DNA of 64,000 bases from an uncultured Pontibacter sp. Lineage in GTDB: Bacteria > Bacteroidota > Bacteroidia > Cytophagales > Hymenobacteraceae. The notes under the pieces are model-generated. The model was given only the letters and a program-made list of their open reading frames with translations. It was not told where the DNA came from and searched no databases. Below are positions 38,383-47,030 of this stretch, in pieces. The position numbers and the translations under genes were made by a program. The stretch is taken from contig NZ_CANLMZ010000013.1 of NCBI RefSeq assembly GCF_947492645.1, positions 10,195 through 74,194 of the forward strand, written 5' to 3'. The first letter of the stretch is position 1. Each line of letters begins with the position of its first letter.

Positions 38383-40035
38383 ATGACAACAGACTTACTG
38401 ATTCCTAACTATAACCTTCTTCGCGTGATAGGCGAAGGTGGCATGGCCACCGTGTATCTGGGCGAACATGCCAGGCTTGGTAACAAAGTAGCTATTAAAG
38501 TACTCAACTCCCACTACGCCCGCCACGAGCAGGTGCGCAGCCGCTTTTTGACCGAAGCGAAAGTGCTGGCTTCATTTCAACACCCGCACATTGTGGGGGT
38601 AAAAGACTTTTTTGAAGAAGGTGATGTGCTGGCCTTTGTGATGGATTATGTAGAAGGACTACCGCTGGATGAGTACCTCTACACCCACAACGCCTTGCGT
38701 GATCCAGCTAAAGCCATTGCCTTTTTTTCGCAGATACTCGATGCCTTCAGTTATGCGCACCAAAATGGAATAGTGCACCGCGACATCAAGCCTGGCAACC
38801 TGATGGTAACACAGGACGGACAAGTGCGCGTGTTAGACTTTGGCATCGCCAAGCTGCTGGAGACACCGGTAGGCGCGGCCAAGGCCACAGCTACCGGTAC
38901 CATGCTAGGTACACCCATGTACATGAGCCCGGAGCAGATCAATTTAAAGCCAGGCGAGAGCATCGACCACCGTAGTGACATCTATGCGCTGGGCGTAACG
39001 CTGCACCAGATTCTCTCCGGCCGTCCGCCTTATGATGCTGATACCCATTCGGGCTTTGAAATGCAGCTAAAGATTATGACTGAACCCCTGCCACGATTAG
39101 AACATGTGCCAAACTGGCTGCAGCAGGTGGTAGATAAAGCTACAGCTAAGAAAAGAGAAGATCGTTTCCAGAGCTGCTCTGAATTTCTGCAAGCACTGAA
39201 AAGAGAAATAGGTGCTAGCAAAGAAGAGCAGCCAGTGTTCAAGCCTGTCTACAACAAAGCTTCAAGAGTAGAAGCCAAGACAGTGGCAATTGCCCCAGAG
39301 CAGCAAAAAACACAGATTGCTTCAGTCCCACAAGCCACACAAATACTTGAAAAGCCACAGACCACGCAGTTTATCTCTCCGGCTGCGGAGACCAAAGTAG
39401 TAGAACAGAAGGCGGGTTTAGATATAAGTAAGTTAGGTAAAGAGCCGGAAGAAAAAAGTAAAGCAATTTTATGGATCGGTCTTGCCTTGTTGTTAACAGT
39501 CATCTGCGTTGTAATGTGGCGAGTTATGATGAATGATGAGGAGTTCACTATTCAAGATGAACCTTTTGTCGTATCAAAAACAGTTGTCGATGACTCTTTT
39601 GTACAATATCATCCAGATCCTAATTTGTACTCAAGTCATTTTAAAGAACTGCTGCCCAAAGGTTATGACATTGGTATTGGTGATATTAATAAAGACAGTT
39701 TAGAAGATGGAGTAATAGCATACAACTACAAACAATATGCTGGATATAATGACACAATTCCTTCGCGGTTATTTGGTGTCTTGGCTATGATTAATAACGG
39801 AAGTTATTTAGTAGAATATGATAATTCATCTGAACTTTTTGAAAACGGTAAATACATGTTTCTCTTAAAGAAGTTAGCAAAAGTTGAAAATGGAATAATT
39901 TTTTTAGAAGGAATTGAAGTTGATAATATGAGAGGTGATATAAGAACTGCAAAGCTTGAAGTTGTTTTACGCGATAACAAATTATTCCGCCAAAAATGGT
40001 CTACAAAAATTAGAGGTAATTGGAGAAATAGATAG
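38383..40035 (+). CDS. Hanks-type Ser/Thr protein kinase 2 (TM plus diverged extracytoplasmic domain)
   Basis: The kinase motifs are the same as in kinase 1. It has a TM helix LWIGLALLLTVICVVMW and a C-terminal domain with IGDINKDSLEDGVIA. Confidence 0.9.
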   Translation: MTTDLLIPNYNLLRVIGEGGMATVYLGEHARLGNKVAIKVLNSHYARHEQVRSRFLTEAKVLASFQHPHIVGVKDFFEEGDVLAFVMDYVEGLPLDEYLYTHNALRDPAKAIAFFSQILDAFSYAHQNGIVHRDIKPGNLMVTQDGQVRVLDFGIAKLLETPVGAAKATATGTMLGTPMYMSPEQINLKPGESIDHRSDIYALGVTLHQILSGRPPYDADTHSGFEMQLKIMTEPLPRLEHVPNWLQQVVDKATAKKREDRFQSCSEFLQALKREIGASKEEQPVFKPVYNKASRVEAKTVAIAPEQQKTQIASVPQATQILEKPQTTQFISPAAETKVVEQKAGLDISKLGKEPEEKSKAILWIGLALLLTVICVVMWRVMMNDEEFTIQDEPFVVSKTVVDDSFVQYHPDPNLYSSHFKELLPKGYDIGIGDINKDSLEDGVIAYNYKQYAGYNDTIPSRLFGVLAMINNGSYLVEYDNSSELFENGKYMFLLKKLAKVENGIIFLEGIEVDNMRGDIRTAKLEVVLRDNKLFRQKWSTKIRGNWRNR

Positions 40036-40159
40036 CTTTTGATTTTTTTTGATAAACATAACTTATTATATGTTAATGGTTATGCCTAATTAAAATTAAA
40101 GGTCTCAAAAAAAATATCAATTAAAATAATACCGAATCTTTTCGGTAATAAATAACTCT

Positions 40160-41611
40160 ATGACAACAGACTTACTGATTCCTAGCTATAATATTCTGCG
40201 CGTGATAGGTGAGGGGGGCATGGCAACCGTGTACCTGGGCGAGCACGCCAGGCTAGGCAACAAAGTAGCCATCAAAGTGCTTAACTCTCACTATGCCCGC
40301 CACGAGCAGGTGCGTGGCCGCTTTCTGACGGAAGCTAAAGTGCTGGCTTCATTTCTGCATCCGCACATTGTAGGGGTGAAAGACTTTTTTGAAGAAGGTG
40401 ATGTGCTGGCCTTTGTGATGGATTATGTAGAAGGACTACCGCTGGATGAGTACCTCTACACCCACAACGCCTTGCGTGATCCAGCTAAAGCCATTGCCTT
40501 TTTTTCGCAGATACTCGATGCCTTCAGTTATGCGCACCAAAATGGAATAGTGCACCGCGACATCAAGCCCGGCAACCTGATGGTAACACAGGACGGACAA
40601 GTGCGGGTATTGGACTTTGGGATTGCTAAACTTTTGGAAACACCGGTAGGCGCGGCCAAGGCCACAGCTACCGGTACCATGCTAGGCACACCCATGTACA
40701 TGAGCCCGGAGCAGATCAATTTAAAACCAGGAGAGAGCATCGACCACCGCAGCGACATCTACGCACTAGGGGTAACGTTGCACCAGATCCTTTCAGGTCG
40801 TCCGCCCTATGATGCTGATACCCACTCAGGCTTTGAGATGCAGATGAAGATCATGACTGAGCCCCTGCCTCGGTTAGAACAAGTGCCCGAGTGGTTGCAG
40901 CAGGTAGTAGACAAGGCCACAGCTAAGAAAAGAGAAGACCGCTTTCAGAACTGCTCGGAGTTTCTGCAGGCGCTCAAAATAGAAACTGGCAACTTTAATG
41001 TAACAGGCTCCAAGCAGGATGAGCAACCAGTGTTCAAGACTGTCTACAACGAAGCAGCAAAAGTAGAAGCCAAGACTGTGGTAAGTACGCCAAGGCAGCA
41101 GAAGACACAGATTGCTGCTGCGCCACAAGTCACGCAAATACTTGAAAAGCCTCAGACCACGCAGTTTATTCCTCCGGCACAGGCAACTAAAGTTGTTGAG
41201 TCAAAGCCAGATCAGCAAATTGAGGAAGAATCAAGTCCACTGTCAGAGAAGATATTACTAGGTGTACTTGCCTTATTTGGAGTAGCATGGCTTTTATTAC
41301 AATTTGTCGCAGATCTTAGAGCTGAATCCCTAAATGAAATCTATAATCTTTATGGAGGGTTACCAAATTATGTCCTAAATGTTTATTTATCAAATATATA
41401 TCCTTTTGATAGTCCAGCTGTTTACTATAGTACAGAAATTATATTCCTAACGGGTATAATATTCACGCTTGCTTATTCGGCAATTCCTTTTGTAAGTAAT
41501 GAACCTGATGAAAATAAGTATTGGGAGGCACTTAAACTTTTTGGTGCGCTACATTTTTTCGGCGGACCATTGATAAGTGGTGTTATTTTAATTTTAAAAA
41601 TTTTGATATAG
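40160..41611 (+). CDS. Hanks-type Ser/Thr protein kinase 3 (multi-pass membrane C-terminus)
   Basis: The kinase motifs are the same. The C-terminus is replaced by about 3-4 hydrophobic helices (ILLGVLALFGVAWLLLQF, IIFLTGIIFTLAYSAIPF, FGGPLISGVILILKILI). Confidence 0.9.
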   Translation: MTTDLLIPSYNILRVIGEGGMATVYLGEHARLGNKVAIKVLNSHYARHEQVRGRFLTEAKVLASFLHPHIVGVKDFFEEGDVLAFVMDYVEGLPLDEYLYTHNALRDPAKAIAFFSQILDAFSYAHQNGIVHRDIKPGNLMVTQDGQVRVLDFGIAKLLETPVGAAKATATGTMLGTPMYMSPEQINLKPGESIDHRSDIYALGVTLHQILSGRPPYDADTHSGFEMQMKIMTEPLPRLEQVPEWLQQVVDKATAKKREDRFQNCSEFLQALKIETGNFNVTGSKQDEQPVFKTVYNEAAKVEAKTVVSTPRQQKTQIAAAPQVTQILEKPQTTQFIPPAQATKVVESKPDQQIEEESSPLSEKILLGVLALFGVAWLLLQFVADLRAESLNEIYNLYGGLPNYVLNVYLSNIYPFDSPAVYYSTEIIFLTGIIFTLAYSAIPFVSNEPDENKYWEALKLFGALHFFGGPLISGVILILKILI

Positions 41612-41630
41612 ATTTTGATTGTAAACCTCT

Positions 41631-43355
41631 ATGACAACAGACTTACTAATTCCCAATTATAACATCCTTCGAACTATTGGTGAAGGTGGCATGGCCACCG
41701 TGTACTTAGGCGAGCACGCCCGGCTGGGCAACAAGGTAGCCATCAAAGTGCTTAACTCTCACTATGTCCGTCACGAGCAGGTACGTAGCCGCTTTCTAAC
41801 AGAAGCTAAAGTACTGGCTTCGTTTCAGCACTCGCACATTGTAGGCGTAAAAGACTTTTTTGAAGAAGGTGATGTGCTGGCTTTTGTCATGGATTATGTG
41901 GAAGGGCTTCCCTTAGACGAATACCTTTATACTCACAACGCCTTGCGTGACCCGTCTAAAGCCATTGCCTTTTTTTCGCAGATGCTCGACGCCTTCAGCT
42001 ACGCCCATCAGAAAGGAGTAGTGCACCGCGACATCAAGCCCGGCAACCTGATGGTAACACAAGACGGACAGGTTAGAGTATTGGACTTTGGGATTGCTAA
42101 ACTGCTAGAAACACCAGTAGGAGCAGCCAAGGCAACAGCTACAGGCACGATGCTAGGCACGCCGATGTATATGAGCCCAGAGCAGATCAACTTAAAGCCA
42201 GGCGAGAGCATCGATCACCGCAGCGATATTTATGCGCTGGGCGTGACGCTGCACCAGATCCTTTCAGGTCGTCCGCCCTATGATGCTGATACCCACTCAG
42301 GCTTTGAAATGCAGCTAAAGATCATGACTGAACCCCTGCCACGCCTAGAGCAGGTGCCCGAGTGGTTGCAGAAGGTGGTAGACAAAGCTACAGCCAAGAA
42401 AAGAGAAGATCGTTTTCAAAGCTGTAATGATTTTCTACAGGCACTCAAAAGAGAAACTCCATCTAGCAAAGTAGAGCAGCCAGTTTTTAAGCCTGTTTAT
42501 AATGAAACTCCTAGAGTGGAGGCTAAGACAGTGGTAAGTACGCCTGACCAACAGAAGACGCAAGTAGCTGCTGCAGCGCAGGCCACACAAATACTCGAAA
42601 AGCCACTAACTACTCAATTTTTCTCTCCCGCTGCCGCGACCAAAGCAGTAGAACAGAAGGCGGGACTGGATCTAAATAAATTCGGTAGAGAGCCTAAGAA
42701 AAAAAGTAATTCCTTATACTGGATCATAGCAATTTTAGTGGTAGTTATTGGTGGTTTTATTTGGGGATCTATTGCAATGTCTGGTAACTCACCTTATTCT
42801 GATTCAGAGACTATAATAAGTGATGAGACCTTGGTTGAAGAGACCATAATTGAAGATACAACAGCTATCGAAGTGGATACTACTGCCGTACCAGAGGAGG
42901 TAACTGCTGTAGAAGAGCCCTTTGTTGTAACTAAATCAGTTGTTGGAGCTGCTTTTGAGGATGTGATATTTTCCATTTCTGGTGGGTTTCAAGTTCACCA
43001 ACTGAGAAGAGTTCATGGTAATGGAAAGAGGTACAAAGCAATTGTAGGGGACATAAATGGCGATGGCCTGCAAGATGGTATAGTTGATTGTTCACTTATG
43101 ACTTTTTCTTCTACCCAAGAAGGAGTGGATGGTTCTTCAATTCTTGTTGCCTTTATTAATACAGGCAAGGCATTAGTCATGGTCGATTATTCAAGAGAAG
43201 AAATGAGTCAAGGCTTTGTTTTGCAGAATATTAAAAACGGAGTGATTAACCTTAAAGGAGAAATATACATAGCAGCAAATGAGTCACCATCTAAAACTAT
43301 AATAGTCAACAGACAAGTTATACTAGATAATAACAAACTCACAATTGTTGAATAG
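41631..43355 (+). CDS. Hanks-type Ser/Thr protein kinase 4 (TM plus FG-GAP-like domain related to kinase 1)
   Basis: The kinase motifs are the same. It has TM helix WIIAILVVVIGGFIWGS, and its C-terminal domain shares SETIISDETLVEETIIEDTTAIEVD and VGDINGDGLQDGIVD with kinase 1. Confidence 0.9.
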   Translation: MTTDLLIPNYNILRTIGEGGMATVYLGEHARLGNKVAIKVLNSHYVRHEQVRSRFLTEAKVLASFQHSHIVGVKDFFEEGDVLAFVMDYVEGLPLDEYLYTHNALRDPSKAIAFFSQMLDAFSYAHQKGVVHRDIKPGNLMVTQDGQVRVLDFGIAKLLETPVGAAKATATGTMLGTPMYMSPEQINLKPGESIDHRSDIYALGVTLHQILSGRPPYDADTHSGFEMQLKIMTEPLPRLEQVPEWLQKVVDKATAKKREDRFQSCNDFLQALKRETPSSKVEQPVFKPVYNETPRVEAKTVVSTPDQQKTQVAAAAQATQILEKPLTTQFFSPAAATKAVEQKAGLDLNKFGREPKKKSNSLYWIIAILVVVIGGFIWGSIAMSGNSPYSDSETIISDETLVEETIIEDTTAIEVDTTAVPEEVTAVEEPFVVTKSVVGAAFEDVIFSISGGFQVHQLRRVHGNGKRYKAIVGDINGDGLQDGIVDCSLMTFSSTQEGVDGSSILVAFINTGKALVMVDYSREEMSQGFVLQNIKNGVINLKGEIYIAANESPSKTIIVNRQVILDNNKLTIVE

Positions 43356-43430
43356 CTCATATATTGCTCGTTATGAGACTTATAGAATTCTGTGGCAAAT
43401 AATACCCATTGACTAAGTTTTATTCGGAAA

Positions 43431-46400
43431 ATGAAAAAATATATTATAGGTCGCTTAGATGAGAGCGATATAGCCATAAACAACCCAACAGTATCAAGAA
43501 CTCATGCTGTTCTGATTTTATATCCAGATTCGACTTTTGAAATCCAAGATCAAAACTCTACTAATGGTGTAATGATCAATGGTAAAAAGATTGGCTCTTC
43601 TAAAGTAAATTTTGCTGATGAGATTAAGCTAGGCTCTCATAAAGTTGACTTGAACCAACTGTTACAGCTGTGTAATAAAAAAGAAGCTGAAAGAGCTGAA
43701 AGACTCCGTCAAGCAGAGCTACAAGTAGAAGCTAAAAAAAACCAAGACTTAGAGGCTGAGCTAAAGCAACGGGCTGAAGAAGCTGCTGCAGCGGAGAAGA
43801 AAAAAATAGAAATCGATGAACGAATAAAAGCTATTGCGCAAAAGCTACATGACGGAGAAAGTCTAACAGTACTGGCAGATGCGCAATTTTATAGTAGCTA
43901 TAAAAAAGAAGTAGATGCCTACGTTAATATTCTATATACCCAGGCTCAAAAAGCGGCTGCCATACTTCATCAGCAACAACAAGAAGAGCAAGCCAAGCAG
44001 TTTGAGATTGAAAAAAGAAAAAGAGAAGAAGATGAATTGTTGCTGTTTTTGAAAAAGCAGAAACAACAGCATGAAGTTGATCTATATTCAGCTCATTTAG
44101 ATAATGTGCTAGGTGCTGAACCAAGCTCAGCAGTATCAGATGAGTTTGATCTATATAATACGAAGCGAACTCTGCCCGCCTATCTAAAGGTCGGAGATTA
44201 TAAACTGCACGATTCGGTTTTCCCTTTTTGTATTCAATTTAATGATACAAAGAGAGGTATAACTTTATCTGCAGATGGCTCAAAATCAAATGATCTTTTA
44301 GAGAATATTATTTTCAGGCTTATAGCTTCTAATACTCCTAAAAAGACTCTTGTTAAAATAGTAGATACTGAGAAAAAGGGGTTGGCATTCTCAAATTTAG
44401 TGGCGCTTAGTCCAAAGGTTATTGGGAACGATGTATTGGATACGACTCAGGAAATTGATCAATTTTTCGATGAATCAATAAAGAAATCTGGTGAACTGGT
44501 ACTAAGTATATTAAAGAACCAGTACACCAACATAGCTACTTTTAACAAAGAGAATCCTGATATGGCATTGCCGGTAACTCTTTTGGCAATTTCTAACTTC
44601 CCATCAGGTTTCGATCGTGAGAGAACTAAGAAACTGCTTGAGCTGCTTAAAATTGGCAATAGGGTAGGGCTATATGCCTTCATTAGTATAAATAAACCTG
44701 CTCTGGAAGATTGGAAGACAAAGCACCAGGATCTGCAACCACTTGTAGACGAGTTATTCCAAAACTTCTTAACGATAGAGCAAAATACTGTTTCAGAATA
44801 TTCAACTGATCTATATCCTTCTGCAAACTATACTGTAAGCTATAACACATTACCACAAATACAGCATTTAATAAACAACATTAATGAAGAGGTAAACAAA
44901 GTAGTTACGCTTAAGGTAGATCTTAATAAGCGCTTGGGCGACTACTGGCAGGAAGACTCTTCTTATGGTGTGAAAATACCTGTTGGACAAACAGGAATGA
45001 ATGTACAACATTTCGAACTTGGTGGTGAAAGTAATGTTCATCATGCGCTTATAGGTGGTGCAACAGGTTTTGGTAAATCTGTGCTCTTACACAACATAAT
45101 TGTAAATGGAGCGCATCTCTATTCTCCAGACAATCTACAATTTATTTTACTTGACTATAAAGAGGGCACAGAATTCAAGCTATACTTAGACTTGCCACAT
45201 GCTAAGATTTTATCTATTGGTAGTGAGCGAGAATATGGTCTGAGTGTTTTCGAATACCTGGTAGAGGAAATTAAGAATAGGGGTGAAAAGTTTAGAGAGG
45301 CAGGAGTTGCTAACATTGGCGATTATCGGAAGGCTACTGGCGAAAGTATGCCACGGTTTTTAGTTGTGATAGATGAATTTCAGGTTTTGCTTTCAGGAAA
45401 GGACAATGTTAGTAACCAATCAAGTAGCCTGTTAGAAGATTTATCAAAGAGAGGTAGGTCATTTGGCATTAATCTTCTCCTATCATCTCAGACTTTAGCT
45501 GATGTGGAAGTTAGTACTTCTACAAAAAGCAACATAGGCTTAAGAATTGCGCTCAAATTAAACGAAAGCGATTGTGATAGAATTTTACATTACGAGAACA
45601 CTTTGCCATCTACCTTTAGTAGAGCAGGCCAAGCGGTTTATAATGATAGGAATGGTTTAAAAGTAGGTAATACAGAGTTTCAAGTTGCTTACTTATCTAA
45701 TGATGAGTTAAAAGAGAAGGTTACCAGAATTGCGGATGAGTACGCTAAAGTAGGTAGTTCTGCAGTAGAGAAGTTTGTTTATGATGGTACCATCAATGCA
45801 ACTGTTAACGATAACCTTGCTCTATCTGAAGCTATTGGAAATGATGCATTTGTACCGAATGATGTTATTTCAGATATATACATAGGTGAACCATCTTACC
45901 TCTCGAAGCAAAGTGTAAAAGTGAGGATAAAGAGAGAGCCACAGTCAAATGTTTTAGTCTTAGGACAGGATAGTGCTTCTGTAGTTTCTATTTTTTACAA
46001 TTCCTTCTATCAGCTAATAAAGCAGAGCTCTCCTGAGAGTGAGTTTTATCTATTCGATTTGTTTAATATAGATTCAGGCTTTAAGGGGCAGCTAGACGGA
46101 CTTAAGGATTTAGGCGATGTAAAGTTATTTAGCAGAAGCAGAAACATCGAGGAAGTTGTAGAGCGCGTTTACGAAGAATTGCAAAAGCGCATAAGTGATG
46201 ATGACGAAGGTAGTAAGAGAATTTGTATTGGTATTACAAATGCTCAATCAGCCAGAGAGCTCCGAAAAGCGGACTGGGATGTACCGCAGGTAACACAGCA
46301 ACTAATTAAGTTAATGAAAGATGGGCCAGATTTCGGAATACACATCTTTATGCATTACTACTCTTATGCGTCTTTCAGAGAAATTTTCGATACTAATGTT

Positions 46401-46559
46401 ATCAATGAGTTTGAAAACATCATTGCTTTAAAAGGTGATGATTCTACTGAAGTCTTTGACTTCTCTGCTAAGCCTGTTACTCAGGAAAGAATTGGCCAAA
46501 TAAAGTACCCACACGGGAAGTACAAAATTGAAGGTTTCAGAATTTACAATAAAATATAA
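43431..46559 (+). CDS. FHA domain + coiled coil + FtsK/SpoIIIE-family P-loop ATPase (EssC/EccC-like multi-module layout, no TM helix seen)
   Basis: 1042 aa. The FHA domain is at aa 1-75 (IGRLDESDIAINNPTVSRTHAVL...DQNSTNGVMINGKKI), followed by an E/K/A/Q-rich coiled coil at aa 80-215. Canonical Walker A IGGATGFGKS (nt 45054-45080) and Walker B RFLVVIDEF (nt 45357-45380) sit in FtsK context (HHALIGGATGFGKSVLLHNII...ILLDYKEG). Flanking modules have degenerate P-loops (LSADGSKSNDLL, VLVLGQDSASVV). Confidence 0.85.
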   Translation: MKKYIIGRLDESDIAINNPTVSRTHAVLILYPDSTFEIQDQNSTNGVMINGKKIGSSKVNFADEIKLGSHKVDLNQLLQLCNKKEAERAERLRQAELQVEAKKNQDLEAELKQRAEEAAAAEKKKIEIDERIKAIAQKLHDGESLTVLADAQFYSSYKKEVDAYVNILYTQAQKAAAILHQQQQEEQAKQFEIEKRKREEDELLLFLKKQKQQHEVDLYSAHLDNVLGAEPSSAVSDEFDLYNTKRTLPAYLKVGDYKLHDSVFPFCIQFNDTKRGITLSADGSKSNDLLENIIFRLIASNTPKKTLVKIVDTEKKGLAFSNLVALSPKVIGNDVLDTTQEIDQFFDESIKKSGELVLSILKNQYTNIATFNKENPDMALPVTLLAISNFPSGFDRERTKKLLELLKIGNRVGLYAFISINKPALEDWKTKHQDLQPLVDELFQNFLTIEQNTVSEYSTDLYPSANYTVSYNTLPQIQHLINNINEEVNKVVTLKVDLNKRLGDYWQEDSSYGVKIPVGQTGMNVQHFELGGESNVHHALIGGATGFGKSVLLHNIIVNGAHLYSPDNLQFILLDYKEGTEFKLYLDLPHAKILSIGSEREYGLSVFEYLVEEIKNRGEKFREAGVANIGDYRKATGESMPRFLVVIDEFQVLLSGKDNVSNQSSSLLEDLSKRGRSFGINLLLSSQTLADVEVSTSTKSNIGLRIALKLNESDCDRILHYENTLPSTFSRAGQAVYNDRNGLKVGNTEFQVAYLSNDELKEKVTRIADEYAKVGSSAVEKFVYDGTINATVNDNLALSEAIGNDAFVPNDVISDIYIGEPSYLSKQSVKVRIKREPQSNVLVLGQDSASVVSIFYNSFYQLIKQSSPESEFYLFDLFNIDSGFKGQLDGLKDLGDVKLFSRSRNIEEVVERVYEELQKRISDDDEGSKRICIGITNAQSARELRKADWDVPQVTQQLIKLMKDGPDFGIHIFMHYYSYASFREIFDTNVINEFENIIALKGDDSTEVFDFSAKPVTQERIGQIKYPHGKYKIEGFRIYNKI

Positions 46560-46581
46560 CCTTTTACTATATATATATCAT

Positions 46582-46869
46582 ATGTCACATATTTCCTTAT
46601 CACCTGCCGAGCTTGAGTCTATCATAACTAAGATCAGTAGTTTTAAACAAAACTTCGAAACTGATATTAAGAAAATCAAATCTTATTCTGAAGGCTTAAG
46701 TCAATCATGGAAAGATCCACAGTACCCTATCTTCAAGGGTGAGATCAATAGTTTCTACAACGTTTGTCACAATCAAATTGAGACCCTACATAGGTTGGAG
46801 TCAAACTTGAGATCTTTAAAGAAACAAAGTGAAGAAGCAATTAAAATTGCTAAGCAGTTTGGACGCTAG
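46582..46869 (+). CDS. WXG100/ESAT-6-like small helical protein (W-K-D variant)
   Basis: 95 aa from the ATG at 46582 (the ORF-track start 46528 overlaps the ATPase). It begins ISLSPAELESIITKISSF and has W43 in SQSWKDPQY at the centre of two predicted helices. This matches WXG100 proteins in length, in Trp position and in placement right after an FtsK/SpoIIIE ATPase. Confidence 0.55.
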   Translation: MSHISLSPAELESIITKISSFKQNFETDIKKIKSYSEGLSQSWKDPQYPIFKGEINSFYNVCHNQIETLHRLESNLRSLKKQSEEAIKIAKQFGR

Positions 46870-46923
46870 AATAAACATTACTTGTGAGTCTTTGGAATAA
46901 GAAGTAATACAAAGTACATAAAT

Positions 46924-46958
46924 AAAATAGCCAGGTATAAATTAGACCTGGCTATTTT
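46924..46958 (+). terminator. rho-independent terminator closing the kinase/ATPase block
   Basis: 13-bp perfect stem aaaatagccaggt / acctggctatttt with a 9-nt loop. The T-run is built into the 3' arm and continues as gttt. Confidence 0.8.
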
Positions 46959-47030
46959 GTTTACACGGTTTATATTAAACCTATGCATTTCTATTTATCC
47001 TTTCTTATAGTCCTTTAGGTAATATTAAAA

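Noticed and set aside
36624-43355. Roughly 1.7-kb repeats that could be mistaken for IS elements, a CRISPR-like array or an assembly artefact.
   Set aside because: Each repeat unit is an intact kinase ORF with distinct 3' ends and unique spacers. There are no short regular repeat/spacer units, no terminal inverted repeats and no transposase. Assembly collapse or expansion cannot be fully excluded without reads.
46528-46581. Upstream extension of the WXG-like ORF (MKVSEFTIKYNLLLYIYH...).
   Set aside because: It overlaps the 3' end of the FHA-FtsK gene in another frame. The ATG at 46582 yields a 95-aa product of typical WXG100 size.
35504-46869. Calling the block a complete type VII secretion system.
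   Set aside because: Only the ATPase-like and WXG-like components are present. No EssA/EssB/EsaA or EccB/D/E/MycP-like genes are visible, no TM segment is seen in the ATPase, and a diderm host would need an outer-membrane route. It is therefore reported as T7SS-like and uncertain.
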